From: an uncultured Rhodanobacteraceae bacterium | GTDB taxonomy: Bacteria; Pseudomonadota; Gammaproteobacteria; Xanthomonadales; UBA2363 | DNA: 64,000 bases | Assembly (NCBI GenBank): GCA_964647135.1 | Contig: CAZYHP010000001.1 | Coordinates: 1,511-65,510 of the forward strand | Reading direction: 5' to 3' | Part shown: piece after piece, positions 10,254 to 21,171 of the stretch | How positions within the stretch are numbered: position 1 is the stretch's first letter | Layout of the letters: the number at the start of each line of letters is the position of its first letter | Made by a program: the position numbers and the translations under genes | Notes under the pieces: generated by a model | Told to the model about the DNA's origin: nothing | The model's database searches: none | Seen by the model: the letters and a program-made list of their open reading frames with translations, nothing else

Positions 10254-11036
10254 ATGGATCATTTCGAGCTGACGCTCGTCTCCAGCCGCCCGCTGGCACC
10301 CGCCGTCCGCCACTACACCTTCGTGCGCAGTGACGGGGCGCGACAGCCTTTCATTCCGGGCCAGTTCGTGCAGGTGCATTTCGAGCACGAAGGCGTGCAG
10401 TTGCGACGCAGCTACTCGATCGCCACGCTGGCCGATGAGGCCGGTGCCGACGAGATCGAACTGGCGGTGTCCTTTGTGCCGGGGGGCGCCGCCACCGCGC
10501 TGTTCGAAGGACTCTCGCCGGGCGACCGCATCCAGGCCACCGGGCCGAACGGCCGCCTCGTGTTGCAGGAAGGCGACCGCAACCAGCGTTACCTCCTGGT
10601 CGCCACCGGCACCGGCGTCACGCCCTACCGTTCCATGCTGCCGCTGATCCGCCGCCGCATTGCCGAGCGCGGCCAGCGCTTCGTCCTGCTGTTCGGCGCG
10701 CGCACACCGGACGAGCTGCTGTATGGCGAGGAATTCGCCGCCTTCGCCGAGGCGACGCCGGGCTTCGAGTTCCGACCCTGTTTTTCACGCGGTGGCTACG
10801 ACCCCGCGCGTCCTTACGAGCGCAGCGGCTATGTGCAGGCCGCGCTGGCAGAGCTGTCGCCAACGGCGGAACAGGACATCGCCTACCTGTGCGGCAACCC
10901 GAACATGGTCGACGCGGCATTCGAGGCCCTCAAGGCGGCCGGTTTGCCGATTCCGCACATCCGCCGCGAAAAGTACATTTCGCCGCCGTCGCCCCGGGCG
11001 CTGTCCGCGCCCCCGGCCGATGGCCGGACCCCATGA
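10254..11036 (+). CDS. Ferredoxin-NADP(+) reductase-type FAD/NAD(P)-binding oxidoreductase
   Basis: 260 aa. It has an FAD-binding RRSYSIA motif and an NAD(P)-binding LLVATGTGVTPYRSML motif, with a size similar to Fpr. Confidence 0.75.
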   Translation: MDHFELTLVSSRPLAPAVRHYTFVRSDGARQPFIPGQFVQVHFEHEGVQLRRSYSIATLADEAGADEIELAVSFVPGGAATALFEGLSPGDRIQATGPNGRLVLQEGDRNQRYLLVATGTGVTPYRSMLPLIRRRIAERGQRFVLLFGARTPDELLYGEEFAAFAEATPGFEFRPCFSRGGYDPARPYERSGYVQAALAELSPTAEQDIAYLCGNPNMVDAAFEALKAAGLPIPHIRREKYISPPSPRALSAPPADGRTP

Positions 11037-11082
11037 CTGTCGTCACTGCCCGGGCCCGCCCGGTTGCTACAGGATAGACCGC

Positions 11083-12525
11083 ATGACCAGACTGATCCGC
11101 CTTGCCGCCTGTGGCGCCGCGCTCCTGGCGCCCCCCGCCCTCGCACTCGAATTCAGCCGCTGTGAACTGAAACCGCCGCAGGCGGTGTCCGGCATGGACG
11201 CGCGCTGTGCGCAATTCGAGGTGCCGGAGAACCACGCCGAGCCCGACGGCAGGCGGATCACGCTGCGCGTGGCCAAGGTCGCGTCCCGCGCCAGCCGGCC
11301 GCTGCCCGATCCGATCGTGTTCCTGGCCGGCGGACCGGGGCAGGCGGCGACGGAGAGCTTTCCGCAGGTCGCGCCGGCCTATCGCGAGCTGCTCGGCCAG
11401 CGCGAGGTGATCCTCGTCGACCAGCGCGGTACCGGCAGCTCGAATCCGCTGAAGTGCCCGATGCCGGGTCTCGACGACCCCACCGCGCCGACCCCGGATC
11501 GCGAGCAGATCCAGCAGATGGCGCGCGACTGCCTGGCCGGCATCGACGGCGATGTCGCCCACTACACGACGCGCGATTACCTGGCCGACCTGGAAGCGCT
11601 GCGCAAGACGCTGGGCATCGAGCGCTGGAACATCGTTGGCGGCTCGTACGGCACGCGTGTCGCGCTGGCCTATTTGCAGGCCTATCCGGACAGCCTGCGC
11701 TCGGTCGTGCTCGACGGCGTGGTACCGCAGGATGTCGCGCTGGGCCAGGACCATGGCCGGCACCTGGACGAGGCGCTGGCCGCGCAGTTCCAGCGCTGCC
11801 GCGAGGACGAGGCCTGCCATGCCGCCTTTGGCGATCCCTGGGAAACCCTTCAGGAACTGCGCCTGCGCTACCGCGAAGCGCCGACGACGGTGATGGTGGC
11901 CGACCCACGCAGCCGCGAGCCCGTCGAAACGCCGCTCAGCGAAGCGACACTGGCGTTGACGGCACGTCTCTACGCGTACCAGCCGGAGACCATCGCGCTG
12001 TTGCCGCTGCTGCTGCACCAGGCTCGCGAAGGCGATCCGCAGCCGCTGCTGGCGCAGGCCCGCATGATCGTCGCCAGCCTCGACGACATGCTCGCGCACG
12101 GCATGCAGCTGTCGGTAACCTGCAGCGAGGATGCGCCCTGGCTGCGCGCCAACCCCGAGGACACCAGCCTGATCGGTGCCGAGATGGTGTCTTTCCTGAT
12201 GGCGCAGTGCGAGGTCTGGCCGGTGCCGCGGGCGCCGGCGACTTTCAAGCAGCCGGTCGATTCCGACCTGCCGGTGCTGCTGCTTTCCGGCGAGTACGAC
12301 CCGGTGACACCGCCCTCCTACGCCGAGCGCGCGCTGGCGACGCTCGGCAACGCCCGCCACCTGGTTGCCCCGGGCCAGGGGCATATCGTCCAGGCGCGTG
12401 GCTGCATGCCGCGACTGCTGACCCGCTTCATCCGCGACGCCAAGGTCGCCGACCTGGATGCGGACTGCGTCGACAACATGTCGGCGCCCGGCTTCTACCT
12501 GAACTTCAACGGCAGCGCGCCATGA
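11083..12525 (+). CDS. Secreted alpha/beta hydrolase, tripeptidyl-aminopeptidase-like (S33)
   Basis: Track ORF 10660..12525, trimmed to MTRLIRLAACGAALLAPPALA (signal peptide). The nucleophile elbow is IVGGSYGTRVA, and a C-terminal TAP-like region is present (LLLSGEYDPVTPP). Confidence 0.75.
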   Translation: MTRLIRLAACGAALLAPPALALEFSRCELKPPQAVSGMDARCAQFEVPENHAEPDGRRITLRVAKVASRASRPLPDPIVFLAGGPGQAATESFPQVAPAYRELLGQREVILVDQRGTGSSNPLKCPMPGLDDPTAPTPDREQIQQMARDCLAGIDGDVAHYTTRDYLADLEALRKTLGIERWNIVGGSYGTRVALAYLQAYPDSLRSVVLDGVVPQDVALGQDHGRHLDEALAAQFQRCREDEACHAAFGDPWETLQELRLRYREAPTTVMVADPRSREPVETPLSEATLALTARLYAYQPETIALLPLLLHQAREGDPQPLLAQARMIVASLDDMLAHGMQLSVTCSEDAPWLRANPEDTSLIGAEMVSFLMAQCEVWPVPRAPATFKQPVDSDLPVLLLSGEYDPVTPPSYAERALATLGNARHLVAPGQGHIVQARGCMPRLLTRFIRDAKVADLDADCVDNMSAPGFYLNFNGSAP

Positions 12526-12555
12526 GCGCGCGCTGTCCCATACGCGAGGTGACGC

Positions 12556-13283
<728 letters not shown>

Positions 13284-13287
<4 letters not shown>

Positions 13288-14459
13288 GCGCCTGGTTCAC
13301 GGTATTCCGCAAGGAAGCGATGGAAAACCTGCGCGACCGCCGCACGGTGATGAATTCGCTGGTGTTCGGTCCGCTGTTCGGTCCGCTGCTGTTCGTCCTG
13401 CTGATCGGCTTCATGATCAACAAGGCCAGCGAGCGCGCCGAGAAGCCGCTGGACCTGCCGGTGGCCGGCGCCGAGCACGCGCCCAACCTGATCGCGCACC
13501 TGCGCCAGAACGGCGTGGTCATCGAGGACGCGCCGGCCGATCCGGAAAAGGCCGTTCGCGACCAGGACGAGGAACTGGTCCTGCGCATTCCGGTCGAGTA
13601 TGGCGAGCGCTGGCGCAGCGGCCAGCCGGCGCCGGTGGAACTGGTGTTCGACGAATCGCGGCAGTTCACCTCGGCCTCGGTGCAACGCGCCACCCGGCTG
13701 CTTGAAGCCTACGGCGCCACGCACGCGGCGCTGCGGCTGACGGTGCGTGGCATCGATCCGCAGATCGCCCGCCCTGTCATGGTGATCGAGCGCGATCAGA
13801 GCAGCGCGCAGAGCCGCGCCGGCATGCTGCTGGCGTTCCTGCCGTACATGCTCATCCTCGGCGCCTTCCTCGGCGGCATGTACCTGGCCATCGACACCAC
13901 TGCCGGCGAGCGCGAACGGCAGTCGCTGGAAGCGCTGCTCATCAATCCGGTGCCGCGCAGCCAGGTGCTGGCCGGCAAGCTGGCCGCCACCACCGCCTTT
14001 TCGCTCGCAGCGGTGGCCATCTCGGTCTTCGGCCTGATGGTGTTCCTGCGCCTGATTCCGCTGGGACCGCTCGGTTTCACGCTGAAGCTGGATTTCGCCT
14101 CGGCCTGCCTGGCCCTGCTGGTCGTGGCGCCGCTGGCGCTGCTGGCCGCATCGGCACAGACGCTGGTGGCCGCCTTCAGCAAGAGCTTCCGGGAGGCGCA
14201 GACCTGGCTGTCGATGCTGATGATCGTGCCGGCGCTGCCGTCGCTGTTCATGGCCATCAACCCGGTCAAGCCGGCCGACTGGATGTACGCCACGCCCCTG
14301 CTCGGCCAGCACTTCATCATCAGCCAGATCGTCCGTGGCGAAGCGGTGCTGCCCTGGCAGTACGCCGCCAGCATCGGCTGCACGCTGCTGGCCGGGCTGC
14401 TGCTCGCCTTGATCACGGTGCGTATCTACCAGCAGGAACGCCTGGCGATTTCCAGCTGA
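13284..14459 (+). CDS. ABC-2 family permease (NatB-like)
   Basis: 391 aa. An N-terminal TM is followed by a large extracytoplasmic loop and then five TM helices. It is coupled to the preceding ATPase. Confidence 0.8.
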
Positions 14460-14695
14460 GAATGAGCCGGCGCGGTACCTCGTGCAGCGGGAATTGACCG
14501 GCGCGACTTTTTACCCCGCGACATCGGTGGTGGTCGGCCTCGGGTGATCGGGGCGGCCGCATGCCTGGCCGGGCCACCAAATAGCGCCTGCGCTGAAGCA
14601 GTGCATCGCAGGGCGCAGGGCCTGCCGCCCGTCCAAGCGCGGGTGTGTCGCCTGTACCTCCCCGCGCAGCAACCTTCCAGCACCGCCGGGCGGCG

Positions 14696-16060
14696 CTACT
14701 TGCCGATGCAGAAGCTGGAGAAAATGGCGCCGAGGAGGTCATCCGGCGAATAGGCGCCGGTGATCTCGGACAGCGCCTGCTGTGCCAGGCGCAGTTCCTC
14801 GGCGGCAAGGTCCCCGGCACCGTGCTGCAGCTGTACCAGCGCTTCGCGCAGGTGCTCGCCGGTGCGGCGCAGCGCATCGACGTGTCGGGCGCGGGCGCTG
14901 AAGGTGTTTTCGGCACTGTCCGCCGCCCCAGCCAGGTTGGCGAGATGCGCGCGCACGGCGTCGAGGTTTTCGCCGGTGCGCAGCGATATCCGCAGCACCG
15001 TGGTGTCCGCCGCGGCGATTACCGACCTGTGCGCATCGCTGCCGGCACCGTCGCAGGCATCGGTCAGGTCGATCTTGTTGTACAGCACCGTCACCGGTAC
15101 GCCGACGGGACACTCTGCTCGCAGCGCGGTGACATCGTGCGGATGCCGCGCATCGACCACCAGCACGATATGGTCGGCGCGGGCGAGCTCTGCGCGGGCG
15201 CGGCGCACGCCCTCGGCCTCGACGGTGTCGTCGGTGTCGCGCAGTCCGGCGGTATCGACCAGGGTCAGCGTGGCGCCGCCGACGCGTATGTCCTCGCGCA
15301 GCACGTCGCGCGTCGTGCCGGCGATGTCGGTGACGATGGCGCGTTCGCTGCCGGCCAGCGCGTTGAGCAGGCTGGACTTGCCGGCGTTCGGGCGACCGAC
15401 GATGGCGATCACCCGTCCATCGCGCAGGCGCTGGCCGCGCTCGGCGGCTTCCAGCAGGTGCGCATGGGCTTCGATCACGGCGCCGATGCGCGCGGCGATC
15501 TGGCCGTCGGCCAGGAAATCGATGTCCTCTTCGGGAAAGTCGATCGCCGCTTCAACATGCAACCGGGCCTCGACCAGTGACTGCAGCAGCCGGTCGACAC
15601 GCCGGGAGAACTCGCCCTCCAGCGAACGCTGCGCGGCACGCGCGGCAGCGGCACTGCCGGCGGCAATCAGGTCGGCGACGGCTTCGGCCTGTGCCAGGTC
15701 GAGGCGACCTTCAAGAAACGCCCGTTCGGAGAATTCGCCCGGCCGCGCCGGTCGCGCACCCAGCGCGTAGAGTCGTTGCAGCAGCAGGTCGATCAGGACC
15801 GGGTTGCCATGAGCCTGCAGTTCGACCACGTCCTCGCCGGTGAACGAATGCGGCGCCGGGAAGTAGAGCAGCAGGCCGCTGTCCAGCGTGGCGCCGGCGG
15901 CGTCGCGAAAGCGCGCGTAGTGGGCGTGGCGGGGTCGGGCGCGGATGCCGCAGAGTCGCTGCGCGATGTCGTGGGCGTCCGGACCGGACAGCCGCACGAT
16001 GCCGATGCCGGCGCGGCCGGCCGGCGTGGCGATGGCGGCGATGGTGTCCCGAGCCGTCAT
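14696..16060 (-). CDS. mnmE: tRNA uridine-5-carboxymethylaminomethyl modification GTPase MnmE
   Basis: 454 aa. The G-domain motifs are GRPNAGKSSLLNAL and DTAGLR, and the C-terminus has the invariant CIGK. Position next to yidC is conserved. Confidence 0.95.
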   Translation of the reverse strand: MTARDTIAAIATPAGRAGIGIVRLSGPDAHDIAQRLCGIRARPRHAHYARFRDAAGATLDSGLLLYFPAPHSFTGEDVVELQAHGNPVLIDLLLQRLYALGARPARPGEFSERAFLEGRLDLAQAEAVADLIAAGSAAAARAAQRSLEGEFSRRVDRLLQSLVEARLHVEAAIDFPEEDIDFLADGQIAARIGAVIEAHAHLLEAAERGQRLRDGRVIAIVGRPNAGKSSLLNALAGSERAIVTDIAGTTRDVLREDIRVGGATLTLVDTAGLRDTDDTVEAEGVRRARAELARADHIVLVVDARHPHDVTALRAECPVGVPVTVLYNKIDLTDACDGAGSDAHRSVIAAADTTVLRISLRTGENLDAVRAHLANLAGAADSAENTFSARARHVDALRRTGEHLREALVQLQHGAGDLAAEELRLAQQALSEITGAYSPDDLLGAIFSSFCIGK

Positions 16061-16085
16061 CGCCGCGGGTTCCCGCGCGCCCCGC

Positions 16086-17777
16086 TCAGGCCTTTTCGCC
16101 GGCCTCGATGCGCTTGGTGATGAACCATTGCTGCAGCAGGCCGAGGGCGCCGTTGGTGGTCCAGTAGAGCACCAGGCCGGCCGGGAAGAAGGCGAACATC
16201 ACCGAGAACATGATCGGCATGAACTGGAAGATGCGACGCTGGATCGGATCCATGCCCGGGCTCGGCGACAGCTTCTGCGTCAGCCACATCACCGCGCCGT
16301 TGAGCACCGGCAGGATGTAGTACGGATCGCGGGCGGAAAGATCCTGGATCCAGCCGAAGAACGGCGCGTGGCGCAGTTCGACGGATTCCAGCAGCACCCA
16401 GTACAGCGCGATGAAGACCGGGATCTGCACCAGGATCGGCAGGCAGCCACCGAGCGGGTTGATCTTTTCCTTCTTGTACAGGTCCATCATCGCCAGGTTC
16501 ATCTTCTGGCGGTCGTCGCCGTAGCGTTCCTTCAGCTGCGCCATGCGCGGCTGCAGCTTGCGCATCTTCGCCATCGAGCGGTACTGCGCTTCGGACAGCT
16601 TGAAGAACACCGCCTTGATCAACAGGGTGACGAGGATGATGGCCAAGCCCCAGTTGCCGACCAGGCTGTGGAACTTGTCCAGGGCCCAGAACAGCGGCTT
16701 GGCCAGGAAAGTGAAGATGCCGTAGTCGACGGTCAGCTCCAGGCCCGGGGCGACGTCCGGCAGCACGTTCTGCAGCTTTGGACCGACCCACAGGCGCGAG
16801 GTGTCGCTCCACTCCTCGCCCGGCGCGACCGTGGTCGCGGTGGTGCCGACCTGGCCGATGGTGAAGCGCGTCGGCTGGCTGTTCGCCACCTGCGAGGTTT
16901 CGTAGCGGTTGGCCTGGTCGGCTGGCGGAATCCAGGCGGCCAGGAAATAGTGCTGCAGCATGCCGGCCCAGCCGGCGGTGATGTCACGGCGCAACGGCGT
17001 CGAGGCGACATCGTCGAACTGCTGCTTCTCGTAGCGCTCCTCGGGGCTGTACCAGGCCGGACCATGGAAGGTGATCGCGGTGGCGTCGGTGAACGAGAAG
17101 CTGGCGCCCGTACGCAGCGGCACACGCTGCAGCTGCCGGTACGCCGTGCCCGACCAGGGCGCGCCGCTGTCGTTGCGCAGCTGGTGGCGGACATCGATGG
17201 TGTAGGCGCCGCGGTAGAGGGTGATGGTCTTGCGGACCGTGATGCCGCTGGCATCGGTCCATGTCAGCGGAACCTCGATGCGGTCTCCGCTGAGGACGTA
17301 GCGGTCCTGCTCGATCTGATACAGCGCCGTATGGTCCGGGGCGACGCCGGTATTGCTGACCAGCCCACTGCGGGCATGGAACAGGCGCGTCGGATCGTCG
17401 CTGAGCAGCTCGACCGGCTGTTCCGACTTCAGGGTGGCCGCATAGTCGAGCAGTTCTGCCGACACGATCGTGCCACCGCGGCTGTCGATCACCAGCCGCA
17501 GGACATCTGTCTCGACGGTGATGCGCTGTCCCGGTGCCGCCATTGCCGTGCCCGGCGCCGCGGCCGGTGCATCGGCGGCGACCTGGGGTGCACTGGGGAC
17601 ACCTTCGCTGCTGCCTGCCGTCAGGGTCGCGCCCGGCGCGGCCGGGCTGGCATCGCCAACGCTGGCCGGGGCGGGCGCGGCGGCCGGGGCGGGCTGGTTG
17701 AAATCGCCCCAGGCCTGCCAGAGCAGGTAGGCGACGAACAGCCAGGCGACGAAAAGCAGAACGCGGGTATTGGGCAT
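16086..17777 (-). CDS. yidC: Membrane protein insertase YidC
   Basis: 563 aa. It has an N-terminal TM, a large periplasmic domain and the conserved C-terminal core (PLGGCLPILVQIPVFIALYWVL...PAGLVLYWTTNG). Confidence 0.95.
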   Translation of the reverse strand: MPNTRVLLFVAWLFVAYLLWQAWGDFNQPAPAAAPAPASVGDASPAAPGATLTAGSSEGVPSAPQVAADAPAAAPGTAMAAPGQRITVETDVLRLVIDSRGGTIVSAELLDYAATLKSEQPVELLSDDPTRLFHARSGLVSNTGVAPDHTALYQIEQDRYVLSGDRIEVPLTWTDASGITVRKTITLYRGAYTIDVRHQLRNDSGAPWSGTAYRQLQRVPLRTGASFSFTDATAITFHGPAWYSPEERYEKQQFDDVASTPLRRDITAGWAGMLQHYFLAAWIPPADQANRYETSQVANSQPTRFTIGQVGTTATTVAPGEEWSDTSRLWVGPKLQNVLPDVAPGLELTVDYGIFTFLAKPLFWALDKFHSLVGNWGLAIILVTLLIKAVFFKLSEAQYRSMAKMRKLQPRMAQLKERYGDDRQKMNLAMMDLYKKEKINPLGGCLPILVQIPVFIALYWVLLESVELRHAPFFGWIQDLSARDPYYILPVLNGAVMWLTQKLSPSPGMDPIQRRIFQFMPIMFSVMFAFFPAGLVLYWTTNGALGLLQQWFITKRIEAGEKA

Positions 17778-17859
17778 GAGACTGGGCGGGCGGGCGGTGA
17801 CCCGTCGTGTAGGAAAGGCAAAGGAAGGGGATTGTCGCGGTTCGTGGCGAGCCGATCAA

Positions 17860-18204
17860 TCAAATGGCCAGACGAGGCCAGGCTTCGATGAGGTCACGCC
17901 AGACTTCGTCGCGCGGCGCCTGGGCGGCTTCCGGCTTCGCGTTGACGACAATATCCAGGGACGGCAACTGCGCCGCGGCCAGGCGGAAGCTGTGGCGGAT
18001 CTGGCGGCGCAGGCGGTTGCGCACGACCGAGCGCTTGTCGACACGGCGGCTTACCGCCATGCCCAGGCGGGCATGATCGAGTTCGCTGGCTGCGTAGTGG
18101 AAGCGGAAATAGCGCGAGTTGCGCTTCAGCCGTGCGGCGAAGACGCGGTCGAACGCCGGCTTGCCACTCAGCACACTCGCGCGCGTCGGCGTGGCGGCGC
18201 GCAC
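17860..18204 (-). CDS. rnpA: Ribonuclease P protein component
   Basis: 114 aa with a GTG start 16 nt after the rpmH stop. It is basic and carries the RNR-like motif ([17 protein letters not shown]). The rpmH-rnpA-yidC order is canonical. Confidence 0.85.
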   Translation of the reverse strand: MRAATPTRASVLSGKPAFDRVFAARLKRNSRYFRFHYAASELDHARLGMAVSRRVDKRSVVRNRLRRQIRHSFRLAAAQLPSLDIVVNAKPEAAQAPRDEVWRDLIEAWPRLAI

Positions 18205-18220
18205 GGTTGGGCCGTCCCGC

Positions 18221-18355
18221 TTACGGGATCAGGCGCTGGCGGCCCTTGGCACGACGGGCCGAGAGGATCTTGCGACCGTCGGCGGTCTTCATGCGGGCGC
18301 GGAAGCCGTGGGTACGGGCGCGCTTGAGGTTGCTGGGCTGGAAAGTGCGTTTCAT
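18221..18355 (-). CDS. rpmH: 50S ribosomal protein L34
   Basis: Not in the ORF track (too short). My translation is [44 protein letters not shown], 44 aa, essentially the consensus L34 sequence. Confidence 0.97.
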   Translation of the reverse strand: MKRTFQPSNLKRARTHGFRARMKTADGRKILSARRAKGRQRLIP

Positions 18356-18530
18356 GGCGGCAGACCCAAGGTCGTCGGCAAAGGGCGGGCATTGTAGGCG
18401 CTGGTGCGGCGCCGGTCAAATGCACCCGTTCGCCGGCCCTCGCCACCGCCGCCGCGCAGGTACCCGGCAGGGCGCTGCAACCGGTTACACTGATCCACCG
18501 CATACGCGTTGTAACGAGAAACCGATCGCG

Positions 18531-19850
18531 ATGGCCGAATTGTGGCAGCGTTGCCTGCGGCGCCTGGAAGGCGAGCTCAACGCCGAGGACCTGCATACCT
18601 GGCTGGTGCCCCTGCAGCCGCAGCAATCGGCCAGCGGCGAATTGCTGCTGTATGCCGCCAACGTCTACGTGGCCGAACGCGTACAGAAGCACTTCCTCGA
18701 ACGCATCCAGGAGCTTCTCCAGGCCTTGCAGGGCTCGCCCGTGGTCGTTCGCCTGAAGGTCGGCCAGCGACCCAGCGACGAACCGGAAGCACCCGGGTCG
18801 CGGCAATCCGGTGGCGAGCGGCTGCCGCCGATCGAGTCCAATCTGGATGCGCGCTACACCTTCGACAATTTCGTCGAAGGCAAGTCGAACGAACTGGGCA
18901 AGGCGGCTGCGCTGCAGGTGGCCCTGAAGCCGGGCGAGGTCTACAACCCGTTGCTGCTGTACGGCGGCACCGGCCTGGGCAAGACCCACCTGCTGCTGGC
19001 GGCCGGTCATGTGATGAAGCAGAACCGGCCTGGCATGCGGGTCGTCTACATGCGCTCCGAACGCTTCGTCAGCGAGATGATCCGGGCGCTGCGGAGCAAC
19101 CGCATGGACGAGTTCAAGCGGCAGTTCCGCAGCGTCGACGCGCTCCTGATCGATGACATCCAGTTCTTCGCCGGCAAGGACCGTACCCAGGAAGAGTTTT
19201 TCCACACCTTCAATGCGCTGTTCGAGGGCAAGCAGCAGATCGTGCTGACCTGCGACCGCTATCCGAAGGAGGTCGAAGGCCTGGAGCCGCGCCTGAAGTC
19301 GCGCTTCGGCTGGGGCCTGAACGTGGCCATCGAGCCGCCGGATTTCGAGACGCGGGTGAGCATCCTGCTGAGCAAGGCACAGGCGATGGAACTGAGCCTG
19401 CCTGACGACGTCGCCTTCCTGATCGCCAAGCGCATGCGTTCGAACGTGCGCGAGCTGGAGGGCGCCCTGAACACGCTGTCGGCACGCGCCAACCTCAGCG
19501 GCCGGGCCATCACGCTTGAGTTCGCCCAGGAGGCACTGCGCGACCACCTGAGCGTCCAGGAGCGACTGGTCAGCATCCCGAACATCCAGAAAACCGTTGC
19601 CGACTACTTCGGCCTGCGCCACGGCGACCTGGTGTCGAAGCGTCGCCAGCGGTCGGTGGTGCGTCCGCGGCAGATGGCGATGACGCTGGCGAAGGAACTG
19701 ACCGAGCACAGCCTCCCGGAGATTGGTGAGGCCTTTTCGCGCGACCACACGACCGTGCTTCACGCCTGCCGGGTCGTGCGCAAGCTGGTGGAAACCGATG
19801 GTCGGGCGCGGGAGGACTGGGACAAGTTGATCCGCACGTTAACCAGTTGA
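18531..19850 (+). CDS. dnaA: Chromosomal replication initiator DnaA
   Basis: Track ORF 18132..19850, trimmed to [19 protein letters not shown]+ Walker A is [11 protein letters not shown] and Walker B is LLIDDIQF. The C-terminal DNA-binding helix is [12 protein letters not shown]. Confidence 0.95.
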   Translation: MAELWQRCLRRLEGELNAEDLHTWLVPLQPQQSASGELLLYAANVYVAERVQKHFLERIQELLQALQGSPVVVRLKVGQRPSDEPEAPGSRQSGGERLPPIESNLDARYTFDNFVEGKSNELGKAAALQVALKPGEVYNPLLLYGGTGLGKTHLLLAAGHVMKQNRPGMRVVYMRSERFVSEMIRALRSNRMDEFKRQFRSVDALLIDDIQFFAGKDRTQEEFFHTFNALFEGKQQIVLTCDRYPKEVEGLEPRLKSRFGWGLNVAIEPPDFETRVSILLSKAQAMELSLPDDVAFLIAKRMRSNVRELEGALNTLSARANLSGRAITLEFAQEALRDHLSVQERLVSIPNIQKTVADYFGLRHGDLVSKRRQRSVVRPRQMAMTLAKELTEHSLPEIGEAFSRDHTTVLHACRVVRKLVETDGRAREDWDKLIRTLTS

Positions 19851-19855
19851 GCGCT

Positions 19856-19974
19856 TGTGGATACACTGTGGCTGAAAGGCGGCGAAAAAGTTATGCACAG
19901 AGTCATCACACGCTGGCGAACCGGTTTGCGCACAGGTTTTTTTGATGCAAGCAATTGATTTGATTCAGAATTTG
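19856..19974. other. Candidate oriC core or dnaN regulatory region: DnaA-box-like 9-mers plus an AT-rich block
   Basis: TGTGGATAC (19856-19864; reverse complement GTATCCACA) and TTATGCACA (19891-19899) each have 1 mismatch to TTATCCACA. A 38-nt block at 19937-19974 (tttttttgatgcaagcaattgatttgattcagaatttg) has 10 G/C of 38 by hand count, in an otherwise very GC-rich genome. Confidence 0.4.
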
Positions 19975-20050
19975 CGGGTTGTTGAGGCGCCAGGAGGCCC
20001 TTAACAACAACAATCTTCAACAGACAAGAGCAACTAGTTGAGGTCTGCCC

Positions 20051-21151
20051 ATGCGGTTCCAAATCCAGCGGGAAGCACTGTTCAAGCCCTTGCAGGCGGT
20101 GATTGGCGTCGTTGAAAAGCGACAGACCATGCCGATCCTGGCGAACCTTCTTGTCTCGGTGCGCTCGGGTCGTGTTTCGTTCACGGGCACCGACCTTCAG
20201 CTGGAGATCATCGGCAGCGCCGAGGTGTCGGACTCGGTGGATGGCGAGGTCACCGTCCCGGCGCGGAAGCTGGTCGACATCTGCCGGGCACTTCCTGACG
20301 GAAGCATGGTGACGGTCGAGCAGCAGGGTGACCGGGTCCTGGTCAAGGCCGGCCGCAGCCGATTCACGCTGGCGACGCTGCCGGCGGCCGAGTTCCCGGC
20401 TCTGGAGGCCAGGGAGATCAACGACGTCCTCGAGCTGCCCGAAGGCGTGTTCAAGGACCTCATCGACCGCGTCGCGTTTGCCATGGCGGTGCAGGACGTC
20501 CGTTTCTATCTGAATGGCATGCTCTTCGATCTGCGGGATGGATCTCTGCGCGCCGTCGCGACGGATGGGCATCGACTGGCCACGTGCCAGGCCGACCTGC
20601 CGGGCCATACCGGAACGGACCGACAGCTGCTGTTGCCGCGAAAGGCGGTTCTGGAGCTGCAGCGCCTGCTGGAGGGTGGCGATGATCTGCTGCGCCTCGA
20701 GTTCGGTCGCAGCCACCTGCGGCTGGGTCGTGCCGACGTCCAGTTCACCTCGAACCTGATCGACGGCCGTTTCCCGGATTACGAGGCGGTGATGCCGATT
20801 GGCGCTGACAAGCAGGTGCGGGTGGATCGTGACCAGCTGCGTGCGGCGTTGAGCCGCGCAGCTATCCTGTCGAACGAGAAATACCGTGGTGTGCGTCTTG
20901 AGGTCACTCCGCAGCAGTTGCGGATCGTCGCCCACAACAGTGAGCAGGAAGAGGCGATCGAGGAGTTGGGTGCGGAAAGCAACGCCGATGGTTTGCAGAT
21001 CTCCTTCAACGTGACCTACGTGCTGGATGCATTGGGCTCTCTGCGGGGCGAGCAGGTGGATCTGAGGCTTCGGGATGGCAACTCCAGCTGCCTGATTTCT
21101 GACGCGGACGAGTCCCGGGCCCGTCACGTTGTCATGCCCATGCGCATGTGA
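20051..21151 (+). CDS. dnaN: DNA polymerase III beta sliding clamp
   Basis: 366 aa. It begins MRFQIQREALFKPLQAVIGVVE. Three-domain length and position after dnaA fit. Confidence 0.95.
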   Translation: MRFQIQREALFKPLQAVIGVVEKRQTMPILANLLVSVRSGRVSFTGTDLQLEIIGSAEVSDSVDGEVTVPARKLVDICRALPDGSMVTVEQQGDRVLVKAGRSRFTLATLPAAEFPALEAREINDVLELPEGVFKDLIDRVAFAMAVQDVRFYLNGMLFDLRDGSLRAVATDGHRLATCQADLPGHTGTDRQLLLPRKAVLELQRLLEGGDDLLRLEFGRSHLRLGRADVQFTSNLIDGRFPDYEAVMPIGADKQVRVDRDQLRAALSRAAILSNEKYRGVRLEVTPQQLRIVAHNSEQEEAIEELGAESNADGLQISFNVTYVLDALGSLRGEQVDLRLRDGNSSCLISDADESRARHVVMPMRM

Positions 21152-21171
21152 TTGAAACTCATGGTGACGCG

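Noticed and set aside
17621-17863. 80-aa minus-strand ORF considered as yidD
   Set aside because: It overlaps the YidC N-terminal coding region out of frame and is Pro/Ser-rich. It lacks the conserved YidD Cys motif context. The 'SPTCS' string appears to be chance.
18356-18530. rpmH-dnaA spacer as the oriC location (the classical gammaproteobacterial position)
   Set aside because: It is only 175 nt, GC-rich, and has no AT-rich unwinding block. The best DnaA-box match is the 2-mismatch TGATCCACC at 18491-18499. It is kept open as part of a possible bipartite origin but not called as a feature.
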